Below are positions 8,043 through 17,300 of a DNA stretch of 49,138 nt, piece after piece. Made by a program: the position numbers and the translations under genes. Within the stretch, counting starts at the first letter, position 1; each line of letters begins with the position of its first letter. Location: positions 1-49,138 of the forward strand of contig JAFMMO010000001.1 in NCBI GenBank assembly GCA_017859655.1, read 5' to 3'. The DNA is from Pseudomonadota bacterium. GTDB taxonomy: Bacteria > Planctomycetota > UBA8108 > UBA1146. The notes below the pieces were generated by a model. The model saw nothing but the letters and a program-made list of their open reading frames with translations, did no database searches and was not told the DNA's origin.

Positions 8043-9137
8043 TCAGCCACTCTCCGCCCGCGCCTCGAGCGCGTCGTGCCAGCGATGGAGCGCGACGAGC
8101 GAGGTGAGGTCGATCCGGTTGTGATGGGTGACGGGGACGAGGAGGGAGCTGGGCGCGCCGGCGCTGACATCGCGGAAGCGGAGCGGCACCTCGCGACCGG
8201 GGACATCCGGGCCGGTCCGCTCCTTGCCAAGAAGCTGGCGCTCCGCCCGCCCGAGGGAGCAGTCCTCCCACTCCCTTCGATGCCGGCGGCGGACCTCCAG
8301 GAGGAGATCGAGGTGCTCCAGCGTCTCTCCCGGCGACGGCAGGCGGTGCCACGCGAGCCGACGCCGGAGAAAGGGGAGGTCGAAGGTCCGCCCGTTGTAG
8401 GTGACGAGCAGCGTGGCTCCCTCCAACTCATCGAGGAGCTTCTCGAGCAGCGCCCGCTCCTGGGCGGCGTCGAAGGAGAAGAGCTGACGGATGCGGAGGC
8501 CGCCACGCTCCGGGCGGGCGATCCCCGCGAGGGCGATCTGCGCCTGCACTCCCAGCCCGGTCGTCTCGAGGTCGAAGTAGCGCACCTCCTCTCCGAAGGG
8601 GAGCCGGTCGGGGAAGTCCGGAGAGAAGTGATCGGACGGGGCGGTCGCCGGATCCACCCACTCGTCGACCTCCAGCGTCGCGGGATCGGGCCCGCCCCGG
8701 GAGCGCGCGACCGCCCGCCCCTCGACGCCCGCCATCCCCGCTTCGCCTGCCCCCCCCTCGCGGGCCCCGCTCCGGCGCGCCGCGCGCAGCCGGGACGCGC
8801 GGCGACGCGCCTCCCGGTCGAGGCGGGTCAGCGGGGAGCCCGGCCCCCGTCCGCTCCCCTCCGCTCCGGGAGCAGGCCCCTCCTCCGCCGGCGGCCTCTC
8901 CTGCCGCGCCCGCTCCCGCGCGGGCCCCAGCGGATCGACCGTCGGGCGGACGGGGACCCCGCCCCCGCGGAGGTCGCACGGGCTCGCGGGCGTCACCGCG
9001 CCGCGCTCCGCGGGAGGCGCCACCCGGTCGGGGGCTACGGGAGCCTCGTGCGCCCTCGCCTCCCCCCCCTTCGTCGCTCGCAGCGCGGCGAGGCGATCCT
9101 GAAGCTCGCGCCGTCGCCTCGGGAGAGCACCTCCCAT
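8043..9137 (-). CDS. mrfB: YprB/MrfB-like RNase H-fold exonuclease with long Arg/Ala/Pro/Gly-rich N-terminal region
   Basis: C-terminal half carries VRYFDLETTGLG (DEDD-type first motif), LVTYNGRTFDLPFLRRRL and HHNRIDLTSL. The ATG at 9137 overlaps the helicase stop (TGATG). It sits directly downstream of a YprA-like helicase, as in the Bacillus yprA-yprB (mrfAB) pair. Confidence 0.7.
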   Translation of the reverse strand: MGGALPRRRRELQDRLAALRATKGGEARAHEAPVAPDRVAPPAERGAVTPASPCDLRGGGVPVRPTVDPLGPARERARQERPPAEEGPAPGAEGSGRGPGSPLTRLDREARRRASRLRAARRSGAREGGAGEAGMAGVEGRAVARSRGGPDPATLEVDEWVDPATAPSDHFSPDFPDRLPFGEEVRYFDLETTGLGVQAQIALAGIARPERGGLRIRQLFSFDAAQERALLEKLLDELEGATLLVTYNGRTFDLPFLRRRLAWHRLPSPGETLEHLDLLLEVRRRHRREWEDCSLGRAERQLLGKERTGPDVPGREVPLRFRDVSAGAPSSLLVPVTHHNRIDLTSLVALHRWHDALEARAESG

Positions 9138-11656
9138 CAACCGACCTCCGCGGAGAAGCCGCGTCCCAGGCGGCGGATCGCCTTGCGGGCCTTCCGCTCG
9201 GTGCGCTCATCGAGCGGCTGCTCGATCTCTCCCGCGTGCTCCGGAGTGGCCATCGGGACCCCGTCGAGTCGCGGGACGTAGTCCGCGATGCCGAGGAGCC
9301 GGTGGATGAGGAAGCGGGTCGCCTCCTTGGGGTACGGATACTCGAGGATCGAGGGCTCCATGTAGGTCTCGACCCGGGAGCTCCCCGGCAGGACGCAGGC
9401 GGGGCACCCGGCCGGGCACTCGCACGCCTCCACCGCCTCCTTCACATCGGCGATGAGCTCCTCGTGCTTCTCGAACGCCACCTCGGAGTAGCCGATCCCC
9501 CCGGGGTACAGGTCGTAGAGGTAGATCCGCTCCCCGTCGATGAAGGTGTCGAGGTCGTTCGGATCGCACATCGCCCGGATGGAGGTCAGCTGCTGGAGGA
9601 GTCGCGCCACGCCGTGCATCCCCGAGCGGAGGAAGTCCGGACCGTGCTTCTCCGCCGCTCGGATGGTCTCGCCGGAGAGGATCACCGTGTGCGCGACGGT
9701 GTCGAGCCGGAGGGGAGGCAGGTCGATCTCCCCGTAGCCGATGTTCTCGGAGGTGTGGAAGCGGACCTTCTTGTAGCCCGTGATCCGCGTGATCACCTCG
9801 ACCTCCGCCAGCTCGGTGGCCGCGCCGGGGCGAGACTGCTCCTGCCAGAGCTCCTCGACCATCACGCGCTTCTGGCAGAGGGCCTGGGTGTAGTACCCGG
9901 TCTCGGTGCGGCGGATCTTCACGAGCTGGTTCTTCCAATCCATCTCCTCCACGAGAAAGGTGTCGGTCCGATGGATGTAGACCGCCCCCTCGTAGAGGCT
10001 CAGCATCGCGGCGACGTAGTCGAGCTCCCCGACGATCTGCTCCGCCCCGAGCTCGTAGATGGTGAAGTTCTCATCCGTGGCGGTCCGGAGCTTGACCTCG
10101 CTCGCCGGATAACCGGACTCCACGAAGTGCCACCGCCCCCCGGACTCGGCAAGGCGTCCCTCCTCCCCGATGAGGGTGAGCAGCGGCATCAGGTCCTCTC
10201 CGAAGAGGTCCTCATCCTCACGCCCGATCGGCAGCTCGTAGGCCGCGCAGACCAGATGGCGGACGAGGATGTACGGGTTCGACCACTCGATCGTCGCGTG
10301 CTCCGGGTTGCTGCCGAAGAGCGCCTCGGGGTGCCGGACGAAGTACTGATCGATCGGCTCCTGTCCGGCGATCAGGACCGCCAGGGAGGTCCGGCGCCGA
10401 CGGCCCGCGCGACCGATCTGCTGGAGGAAGCTCGACACGCTCCCGGGCCAGCCGACGACGAGGCAGGCATCCAGCTCCCCGATGTCGATTCCCATCTCGA
10501 GGGCGTTCGTCGAGACGACACCGCCGAGCTCACCGGAGAAGAGGCGCGCCTCGATCTTCCGTCGCTCGCTCGGGAGGTACCCGCTGCGGTAGGCCTCGAT
10601 CCGCCCCGCGACCTCGCGACCGACCTCGCCCTTCGCCCGCTCCCGGATGTAGCGGAGGATCAGCTCGACGGTGTTGCGGGTGCGACCGAAGCAGATCGTC
10701 TTCACATCGCGGCGGACCAACTCGGGGAGGAGCCGCACCGCCACGGAGGCGGGCCCCTTGCGATAGCGCGTGCCGTCGTCCCTCGTCTTCAGCGGGGGAT
10801 TCCAGAGGACGACCTCCTTGTCTCCCCGCGGCGCGCCGTCCTCGTCGACGACATGCACCGGGAGGCCGATGAGGCGCTCCGCGTGCTCGCCCGGGTTGGC
10901 GATCGTCGCGGAGGCGCCGATGAAGATGGGGTCCGCGCCATGGTGACGCGCGATCCGCCGGAGGCGGCGGAGCACGTTCCCGACATGGGAGCCGAAGATC
11001 CCCCGGAGGGTGTGCAGCTCGTCGACGATCACATAGCGGAGGTTCGCAAAGAGTCCGGCCCACCCCCCGTGGTGCGGCAGGATGGAGGCGTGGAGCATGT
11101 CCGGGTTCGTCAGGATGATGCGACCGTTCCGTCGAAGGCGTCTTCGCATGACCGGCTCGGTGTCGCCGTCGTAGACCCCGGCCTCGAGCTGCAGACCGAG
11201 GGACTCGATCCAGCCGGCGATCGAGCGATTCTGGTCCTGAGAGAGCGCCTTCGTCGGGAAGAGGTAGAGCGCGTAGGCGTTCTCCTCGCGGAGGACCGCA
11301 TCGAGGACGGGCAGGTGAAAGCAGAGGCTCTTCCCGCTCGCGGTGGCGGTGGAGACGACGACGCTCTCCCCCCGGGCTCGCCGCTCGCCGTCCGCCCCCG
11401 CGCCGAGGATCCGTGAGATCGCCTCACCCTGGTGGTGGTAGAGGGGCCACATCCCCCGCGCCTCCAGCTCCTCGACCAGCCGGGGGTGCAGCGGCGGAGC
11501 CTGTGCGGCGGGCCGCGCTTCGCAGCCGGAGAGATGGTGCACCGCTCGCACCTCCTCGGGGCGGGAGTGCCGCCGACGGATCCCCTCCAGAGCCTCCTCC
11601 ACCGGGACCGGCGAGAGCCCCTCTCCCGATCCGACCCCGCGCAACCGCTCGATCAT
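9137..11656 (-). CDS. mrfA: YprA/MrfA-like DEAD/DEAH-box helicase with C-terminal DUF1998 zinc module
   Basis: Walker A TATASGKS, DExH box VIVDELH, motif VSTNALEMGIDIG, QQIGRAGRR, and a C-terminal Cys cluster CECPAGCPACV. Start chosen at the ATG at 11656 (MIERLRG), which has GGGAGGGAGGA upstream. An alternative GTG lies at 11686. Confidence 0.85.
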   Translation of the reverse strand: MIERLRGVGSGEGLSPVPVEEALEGIRRRHSRPEEVRAVHHLSGCEARPAAQAPPLHPRLVEELEARGMWPLYHHQGEAISRILGAGADGERRARGESVVVSTATASGKSLCFHLPVLDAVLREENAYALYLFPTKALSQDQNRSIAGWIESLGLQLEAGVYDGDTEPVMRRRLRRNGRIILTNPDMLHASILPHHGGWAGLFANLRYVIVDELHTLRGIFGSHVGNVLRRLRRIARHHGADPIFIGASATIANPGEHAERLIGLPVHVVDEDGAPRGDKEVVLWNPPLKTRDDGTRYRKGPASVAVRLLPELVRRDVKTICFGRTRNTVELILRYIRERAKGEVGREVAGRIEAYRSGYLPSERRKIEARLFSGELGGVVSTNALEMGIDIGELDACLVVGWPGSVSSFLQQIGRAGRRRRTSLAVLIAGQEPIDQYFVRHPEALFGSNPEHATIEWSNPYILVRHLVCAAYELPIGREDEDLFGEDLMPLLTLIGEEGRLAESGGRWHFVESGYPASEVKLRTATDENFTIYELGAEQIVGELDYVAAMLSLYEGAVYIHRTDTFLVEEMDWKNQLVKIRRTETGYYTQALCQKRVMVEELWQEQSRPGAATELAEVEVITRITGYKKVRFHTSENIGYGEIDLPPLRLDTVAHTVILSGETIRAAEKHGPDFLRSGMHGVARLLQQLTSIRAMCDPNDLDTFIDGERIYLYDLYPGGIGYSEVAFEKHEELIADVKEAVEACECPAGCPACVLPGSSRVETYMEPSILEYPYPKEATRFLIHRLLGIADYVPRLDGVPMATPEHAGEIEQPLDERTERKARKAIRRLGRGFSAEVG

Positions 11657-11922
11657 CGCTGGTCCTCCCTCCCCGACCCCGTTCACCCGGAGGGGACGCC
11701 CGTGCCGGCGATCCCGCTCTGCGGCCCGTCCGCCCGTGAGCCCACCGCGGTGCCCCCCCGAGCGGAGCGGACCCTAACACAACCCGAACACCGGAACGAG
11801 GCCGAACCGGCCGTTCCCGGGGAGTCGGCCCCAGAGAGGTCAAGACGAACGGTTCAAGTCCGGATCGCGCTCCGTTATCCTCCGACGCCGCGTACGCCAG
11901 TTCCCCGGGGGAGGAGGAGCTC

Positions 11923-13245
11923 TTGCTCCGCGCCAGCCAATCGCCGCTTCGTCCGCTTCTGCCAGCGGGCGCCCGCTCCGTCGCGTCCGGAGCCCTTCGG
12001 CGACAGGTCCGGAGCGGCCCGCCCCGGCGGCGGACCCGCTCGTCACGCCTCCCCGCGCTCCTGCTCCCGCTCCTCCTCATCGGCTGCGGTGGAACCCCGG
12101 AGAAGCCGGACCCCTCGACGCCGAGCCGGGACACCGCTTCGTCCCTCACGCGCGCCAGCCTCGCGCTCGCGAGCGGTCGGACGGAGGAGGCGCGGCTCGC
12201 CTTCGCGCCCCTCACCTCCCCGGCGCAGCCCACCAGCGTCCGGGGCGAGGCCTTCCTCGGTCTGGGGCGGATCGCCCTGCGCACCGGCGAGCCCGAGCTC
12301 GCCGCCCGTCACCTCGACGACGCCCGCGCCCTGCTGCGGCGGAATCCCCTCGGTCCGACGGCGGAGCTCCTGTACGGGGATGCGCAGATGCGGCTCGGAC
12401 GCTTCCAATCCGGCACCACCGCGCTCCTCAACGCCTTCCCCTACCTCGTGGATGATCGGGACCGGCTCCGGGCGGCTTACCTCATCGATCAGACCCGTCG
12501 CTGTCTCGACCTCGAGCCCGTGGAGCCCTACGCCTCCCTCGCCCGGGGGAAGGAGTTCCCCGAGTACACCGACATCTTCGCTCCCTACCGCGTCGATCCC
12601 GCCACGATCGAGATCGCCCGCCCTCCGTCACGACCCCGCGTCGAGGCTCCCCCTCCGGCCGCGGCGCCACCGACGCTCTCCCTCATCGGGCGACGCGACT
12701 GGCGCGCCTCTCCCACGAGGAAGAACGTCGTCCCGAACCGCCGCCTGACCCGCATCACGATCCACCACACGGCGGATCAGGGGAGCATGGTCTCCCTCGG
12801 GAGCGACGACACGGAGGGGTACCTCCGCCGGCTCCAGAGCTACTTCCAGAAGACGAAGAAGTACGCGGACCTCCCGTACCACTTCCTCATTGCCAAGGAT
12901 GGCCGAGTCTTCGAAGGACGCCCGATCCAGTTCCAGGGAGCCCACGCCGGCGGTCGCAGCAATCAGGAGAACATCGGGATCGCGCTCATCGGGAACTTCG
13001 AGCGACGCGCCCCGAGCGAGCGACAGTTCGCGGCTCTCCAGCTCCTCGTCGACCAGCTCTCCCGCAAGCACGGGATCGCGAAGTCGAGGATCTACCCCCA
13101 CTGCGATCTCAAGGAGACCGACTGTCCCGGGGCGATCCTCGAGGGTCGCGTGCGGTCGCTCCTCGCGCTTCCCCCCGCGGAGGAAGGCCTCCCGGTGTGC
13201 GACCATCTCCACCCCTCGGCTCCGGGGGCGGTTCAGGTCGACTAG
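11923..13245 (+). CDS. lipoprotein with TPR-like N-terminal region and N-acetylmuramoyl-L-alanine amidase (Amidase_2/PGRP) domain
   Basis: TTG start with GGAGGAGG 8 nt upstream. Lipobox LLLIGCGG. Amidase_2 motifs ITIHHTA, LPYHFLIAKDGRVFEGR, GAHAGG..NQENIGIALIGNF, HCDL..TDCPG. Confidence 0.8.
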   Translation: MLRASQSPLRPLLPAGARSVASGALRRQVRSGPPRRRTRSSRLPALLLPLLLIGCGGTPEKPDPSTPSRDTASSLTRASLALASGRTEEARLAFAPLTSPAQPTSVRGEAFLGLGRIALRTGEPELAARHLDDARALLRRNPLGPTAELLYGDAQMRLGRFQSGTTALLNAFPYLVDDRDRLRAAYLIDQTRRCLDLEPVEPYASLARGKEFPEYTDIFAPYRVDPATIEIARPPSRPRVEAPPPAAAPPTLSLIGRRDWRASPTRKNVVPNRRLTRITIHHTADQGSMVSLGSDDTEGYLRRLQSYFQKTKKYADLPYHFLIAKDGRVFEGRPIQFQGAHAGGRSNQENIGIALIGNFERRAPSERQFAALQLLVDQLSRKHGIAKSRIYPHCDLKETDCPGAILEGRVRSLLALPPAEEGLPVCDHLHPSAPGAVQVD

Positions 13246-13292
13246 GCCTTCGGACTGCCGTCTGTGCGTATCGGACCGGAGCTTCAGACCGG

Positions 13293-13336
13293 AGCGTCCG
13301 CTCTCCAGGCACCGGACGCTGGACGACCGGTCGTCC
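13293..13336 (+). terminator. two adjacent GC-rich hairpins downstream of the amidase gene
   Basis: AGCGTCCG-12 nt-CGGACGCT at 13293-13320, followed by the 16-nt perfect palindrome GGACGACCGGTCGTCC at 13321-13336. No U-tract. Confidence 0.3.
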
Positions 13337-13699
13337 CCACTCGATCGCCCACCCCCGTTCCAGAGCCCGCCAACGCGCACCGGCCCGGAGCTGGAGAGCC
13401 CCGGCGCCTCCGATCGACTCCGGTCCGCTGATTGCTTGGGGAGTGAGGCCACCGGAGCGTGCGGGTCTCCCGCCCACCTCCACTCCCGCCGAGATCTCAC
13501 CTCGGGGACTCCTCCCCACTCCGTGCCCCGACCCGGCGCTTCGGTGTCTTGACGCGGCTCCCCATGTTCCCACTCGCGGCGCCGGAGACCCCCTTGGCGC
13601 TCCCTCACCGGTTCCTTGCTGAAGAGTCGACCGAAAGCGATTAGGCTCTTCGATGAGGTCGACGCCGGACCTCGCGGACTTCACCGGTGAGGAGGAAGG

Positions 13700-14026
13700 A
13701 TGATGGAGCTCTTCATTGCTCTCGCTCTTTCACTCGCGCTCGCGGGGAGGGCGGAGCTGGGCCTCTTCTCCTTCGGACGGAAGAAGGCCGAGGAGAAGGC
13801 TGCCGGGGAGCAGCGCCAGGAACGCCTGCGGGCGGAGCTCGAGTCGGAGCTCTCCTCACTTCAGGTCGAGCTCGACGCCCTCGCGGAGAAGCTCAACATC
13901 GAGCTGGAGAACGACCTGGGAGACCGGACGACGACGCTCTCCCGCTACCCCCGCCGGATCGTCGAGCTCAAGATCCGGATCGATGAGCTCGAGCGAGCCC
14001 TTCGGAAGCTCCAGAGCACCCCCTGA
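13700..14026 (+). CDS. small signal-peptide/membrane-anchored coiled-coil protein, unknown function
   Basis: Strong SD (GGTGAGGAGGAAGG) directly before ATGATG. Hydrophobic N-terminus MMELFIALALSLALAG, then a heptad-like charged helix (EEKAAGEQRQERLRAELESELSSLQVELDALAEKLNIELEN...IDELERALRKLQ). No homology recognised. Confidence 0.55.
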   Translation: MMELFIALALSLALAGRAELGLFSFGRKKAEEKAAGEQRQERLRAELESELSSLQVELDALAEKLNIELENDLGDRTTTLSRYPRRIVELKIRIDELERALRKLQSTP

Positions 14027-14347
14027 GGCCTCAAGCCCGGCTCCGGCCCCTCTCGGGCGGACACGCCGGGTCGGGGAGTAGGGGGTGGAGGCTCACCCGG
14101 AGGCGGGTAAAATACAAATGGGCAGAACTCCAGCCCCTGCGTCCCCTCCCGCCGAGTTCGTCGGCCCTCGGGCCGTCCGCTCCCGCCGGGGAGCGCCGCT
14201 CGCGAGAGGGAATCGCTGTGGACCGCCGTGGGCTCCCGGCCGGAGCTCATTACTGACGGACGCCAACATCTCCATCTCATCGCGCTTCCGCGCCGACCCG
14301 GCGAGGAGGCACGGACCTCTCTCCGGTCCGGGTGAGCAGGAGCACGC

Positions 14348-14373
14348 GGGTCTCTCCCCCGCGTGAGAGACCC
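14348..14373 (+). promoter_or_regulatory. perfect 9-bp hairpin in the 5' region of the large S8 protease gene
   Basis: GGGTCTCTC ccccgcgt GAGAGACCC, located 15-35 nt upstream of the candidate start codons 14388/14409. Confidence 0.25.
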
Positions 14374-14387
14374 GGTTCGCTCCTCGC

Positions 14388-17300
14388 GTGCCGGGGGAAG
14401 AGCCCGGCATGAGCCCACTCGGGTTCCCGAATCACGCCAACGGCACTGGCTCCCCATCGCCCCGGGAGCGCGCCGGGGCCCTGCGGTCCCCGCGCCCTGC
14501 GCGATCGATCCACCTCCAGCTGCAGCCTTGCGCGGTCGTCCTGCCCCCCGCGGTGCTCCCCGTCCTGACGGTGCTCCTCCTGACGGTGCTCCTCCTGACG
14601 GTGCTCCTCCTGACGGTGCTCGCCGCCCCCATCGCTCGCGCCGCCGAGCCGACCGCGCCCTCCGGCGTCGAGGGGGTGATCCTCGATCGCGGGCGATCCC
14701 TCACCCTGGTCCTCGATCCCACCGTCGTCTTCGTCCGCGTCCTTCCCGCCGCCGACGGGCGCGGGAGCTCGGATCCTCTCCTCGAGCTGCAGCGCCTGAC
14801 CGACGATCCCCTCTTCGAGGCCCCGACTCCCGAGGACATCCTCGAGTACCCCGGGCTCCTGCGCCTGCGCTTCCACGAGGAGACCACGGTCCCGGCGCGC
14901 CTCCTCGCCTTCGAGCGCCTCGCCGGGCTGCCCCGAACGGAGTGGGCCAGCGGCAACTTCCAGGACCCCGCCCGACCGTGGGAGCGGGCCTGGATGATCC
15001 CCACCCCGCAGATCGTCGTCTCCCTCGATGAGAGCGCGGCGAACCGTCGACTCGCCGAGCTTCTGGCCCTCACCGATCTGCCGGGCGGCGCCCGCCTCAC
15101 CCTCGACCGCGCGCTCCATGGGCCGCGACCGACCTTCGTCCTGCACACCGGCGCCGCCGCGCTCGATTCGTTTCGGGTCGCAGAGGTGGTGGCGGGACTC
15201 CCGGGGGTCGTCGCGGCGCAACCCGAGTTCATCCGTCGCCTCGAGTCCCACGGCACCCCCAGCGACACCCTCTTCCTGACCCAGTGGAACCTCCAGAACA
15301 CCGGCCAGCACGGAGGGACACCCGGGGCCGACATCCGGGCCGTTCCTGCGTGGGACATCGAGACCGGCTCCAGCGCGATCACCGTTGCGGTCATCGACGA
15401 AGGGGTCGATCACAGCCACCCCGACCTGGCCCCCCAGATGGTCGCGGGGTACGACGCGGTGACGGTCCCGACCGGCGGGCCGGGCTCCTCGCTGCCGGGG
15501 CAGGCGGACCCGGAGGATGCCCACGGGACCGCATGCGCCGGGATCATCGGCTCGAACGGGAACAACGGCATCGGCACCGCCGGAGTCTGCTGGAGCGTCT
15601 CCATCCTCCCGATCCGGATCGGGTTCGGGGAGTTCTGGACTCAGGACTCGTGGATCGCGGACGGCATCTCCGCCGCCGTCTCCCTCGGCGCGGATGTTCT
15701 CTCCAACTCCTGGGGGGGCGGGAGCCCCACCCCCATCGTCGATGCCGCGATCACCGCGGCGGTGACGAGCGGCCGTGGGGGCCTCGGCTGCCCGAGCGTC
15801 TTCTCCAGCGGCAACGCGGACATCGGGGAGATCGCCTATCCCGCCTCCCACGACCTGACCATCGCGGTCGGCGCGACCAGCCCCTGCGACGAGCGAAAGA
15901 GCCCGACCTCCTGCGATGGGCAGTGGTGGTGGGGGTCCCAGTTCGGTCCGGAGCTCGACCTCGTCGCTCCCGGTCCCTTCGTCACCACGACCGACAACTC
16001 CGGAGGGGCCGGCTACGCCGCCGGCAACTTCGTCGAGTTCTCCGGGACCTCCGCCGCCTGCCCCCATGTGGCGGGGGCCGCGGCGCTCGCCCTCTCGCTG
16101 AACCCGAGCCTCTCGGCCGCCGAGCTCCGCGACCTGCTCCAGTCGAGCGCGCGGGACGAGGTCGGCCCGCCCGCCGAGGACATCCCCGGCTGGGATCCCT
16201 ACATGGGCCACGGGCGCCTCGACCTGCTCCAGTTGCTCCTCTCCATGGGAGGAGGAACCCTCCCTCCCGGCGACTTCAGCTGCACGGCCGAGGGAGAGGA
16301 CGCCCTCCTCGAGTGGACGAACCCGGAGGTCTACGACCAGCTCCTCATCACCCGAAACCAGGTCCTCATCGCCAGCCTCCCCGGAGACGCGACCTCCTAC
16401 CTCGACCTCGCACCCGGGCTCGGGCTCCAACGCTACAAGGTGGCAGGGGTCACGGCAGCCGGCACGAGCCCCCGCACCGCGTGCGCCTCGATCGTCCTGG
16501 GGACCCCGACCGACCTCGTGTGGAGCCCGGCGCAGGGCTCGGTGCCGGGAGGGGCTCCGATCGCGGAGGCGCTCGTCTCCCTCGGGCGCGTCCCGGTGCT
16601 CGTCTCCGACCTCGCGGACGCCGGCGCCCTCGAAGCCTACGAGACGATCTGGGTGAACCTCGGGGTCTTCAACACCTCGGGGCCGAGCGGCAAGCATGTC
16701 CTGACCGCTTCGGAGGGGCAGGCCCTCGACGGGTACCTCGCGGCGGGGACCCCGGAGTCCCCGAGGTTCCTCTACCTCGAGGGCGCGGACACCTGGTTCT
16801 TCGACCCCCCCACGACCCTCCACTCCCGCTTCGGCATCGTCTCCAACTGCGATGGCTTCCCGACCCCGCAGCTCTCGATGATCTCCGGACTGCCGGGACC
16901 GCCCTGTTCCTTCGACACGCTGCAGTACGGCTATGTGGGAGAGGACGCGTTCATCGACCATCTGGAGGTGGCCCCGGGGAGCGGAGCGCAGCGGATCCTC
17001 GAGAATGATCCGCCCATCTTCGGCGTCGCGATCTCTCGCCAGTCGACGGGTCACGCGACGATCGGAGCGAGCTGGGAGCTGGCGGGCGTCGAGCCGGGCG
17101 GGAGTGATGTGCGCGACTTCGTCGCTGCGGCGCTGACCTGCTGGGGTGTCTCCTTCGATCTGGACCCGCACCCCACTCCGGTGTCGATCAACTCCTGCGT
17201 GGCGGTCAGCTCGACGAGTCAGCTGAGCTGGAACAACGGCGATCTGTACGACGAGATCCACGTGCTGCGGGACGGGGACCTGATCGCGGTCCTGCCGGGA

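Noticed and set aside
8043-11686. DUF1998 helicase as part of a DISARM/Druantia-like defence island
   Set aside because: Helicase and DUF1998 are on a single polypeptide paired with a YprB-like exonuclease (the MrfAB layout). No methyltransferase, PLD nuclease or other defence partners are present, and the neighbours are housekeeping genes.
14106-14122. AT-rich patch GGTAAAATACAAATGGG as a sigma70 promoter for the giant protease
   Set aside because: TAAAAT and TACAAA are acceptable -10 hexamers, but no -35 better than 2-3/6 lies 16-18 nt upstream. It is kept only as a remark within the 13246-14387 finding.
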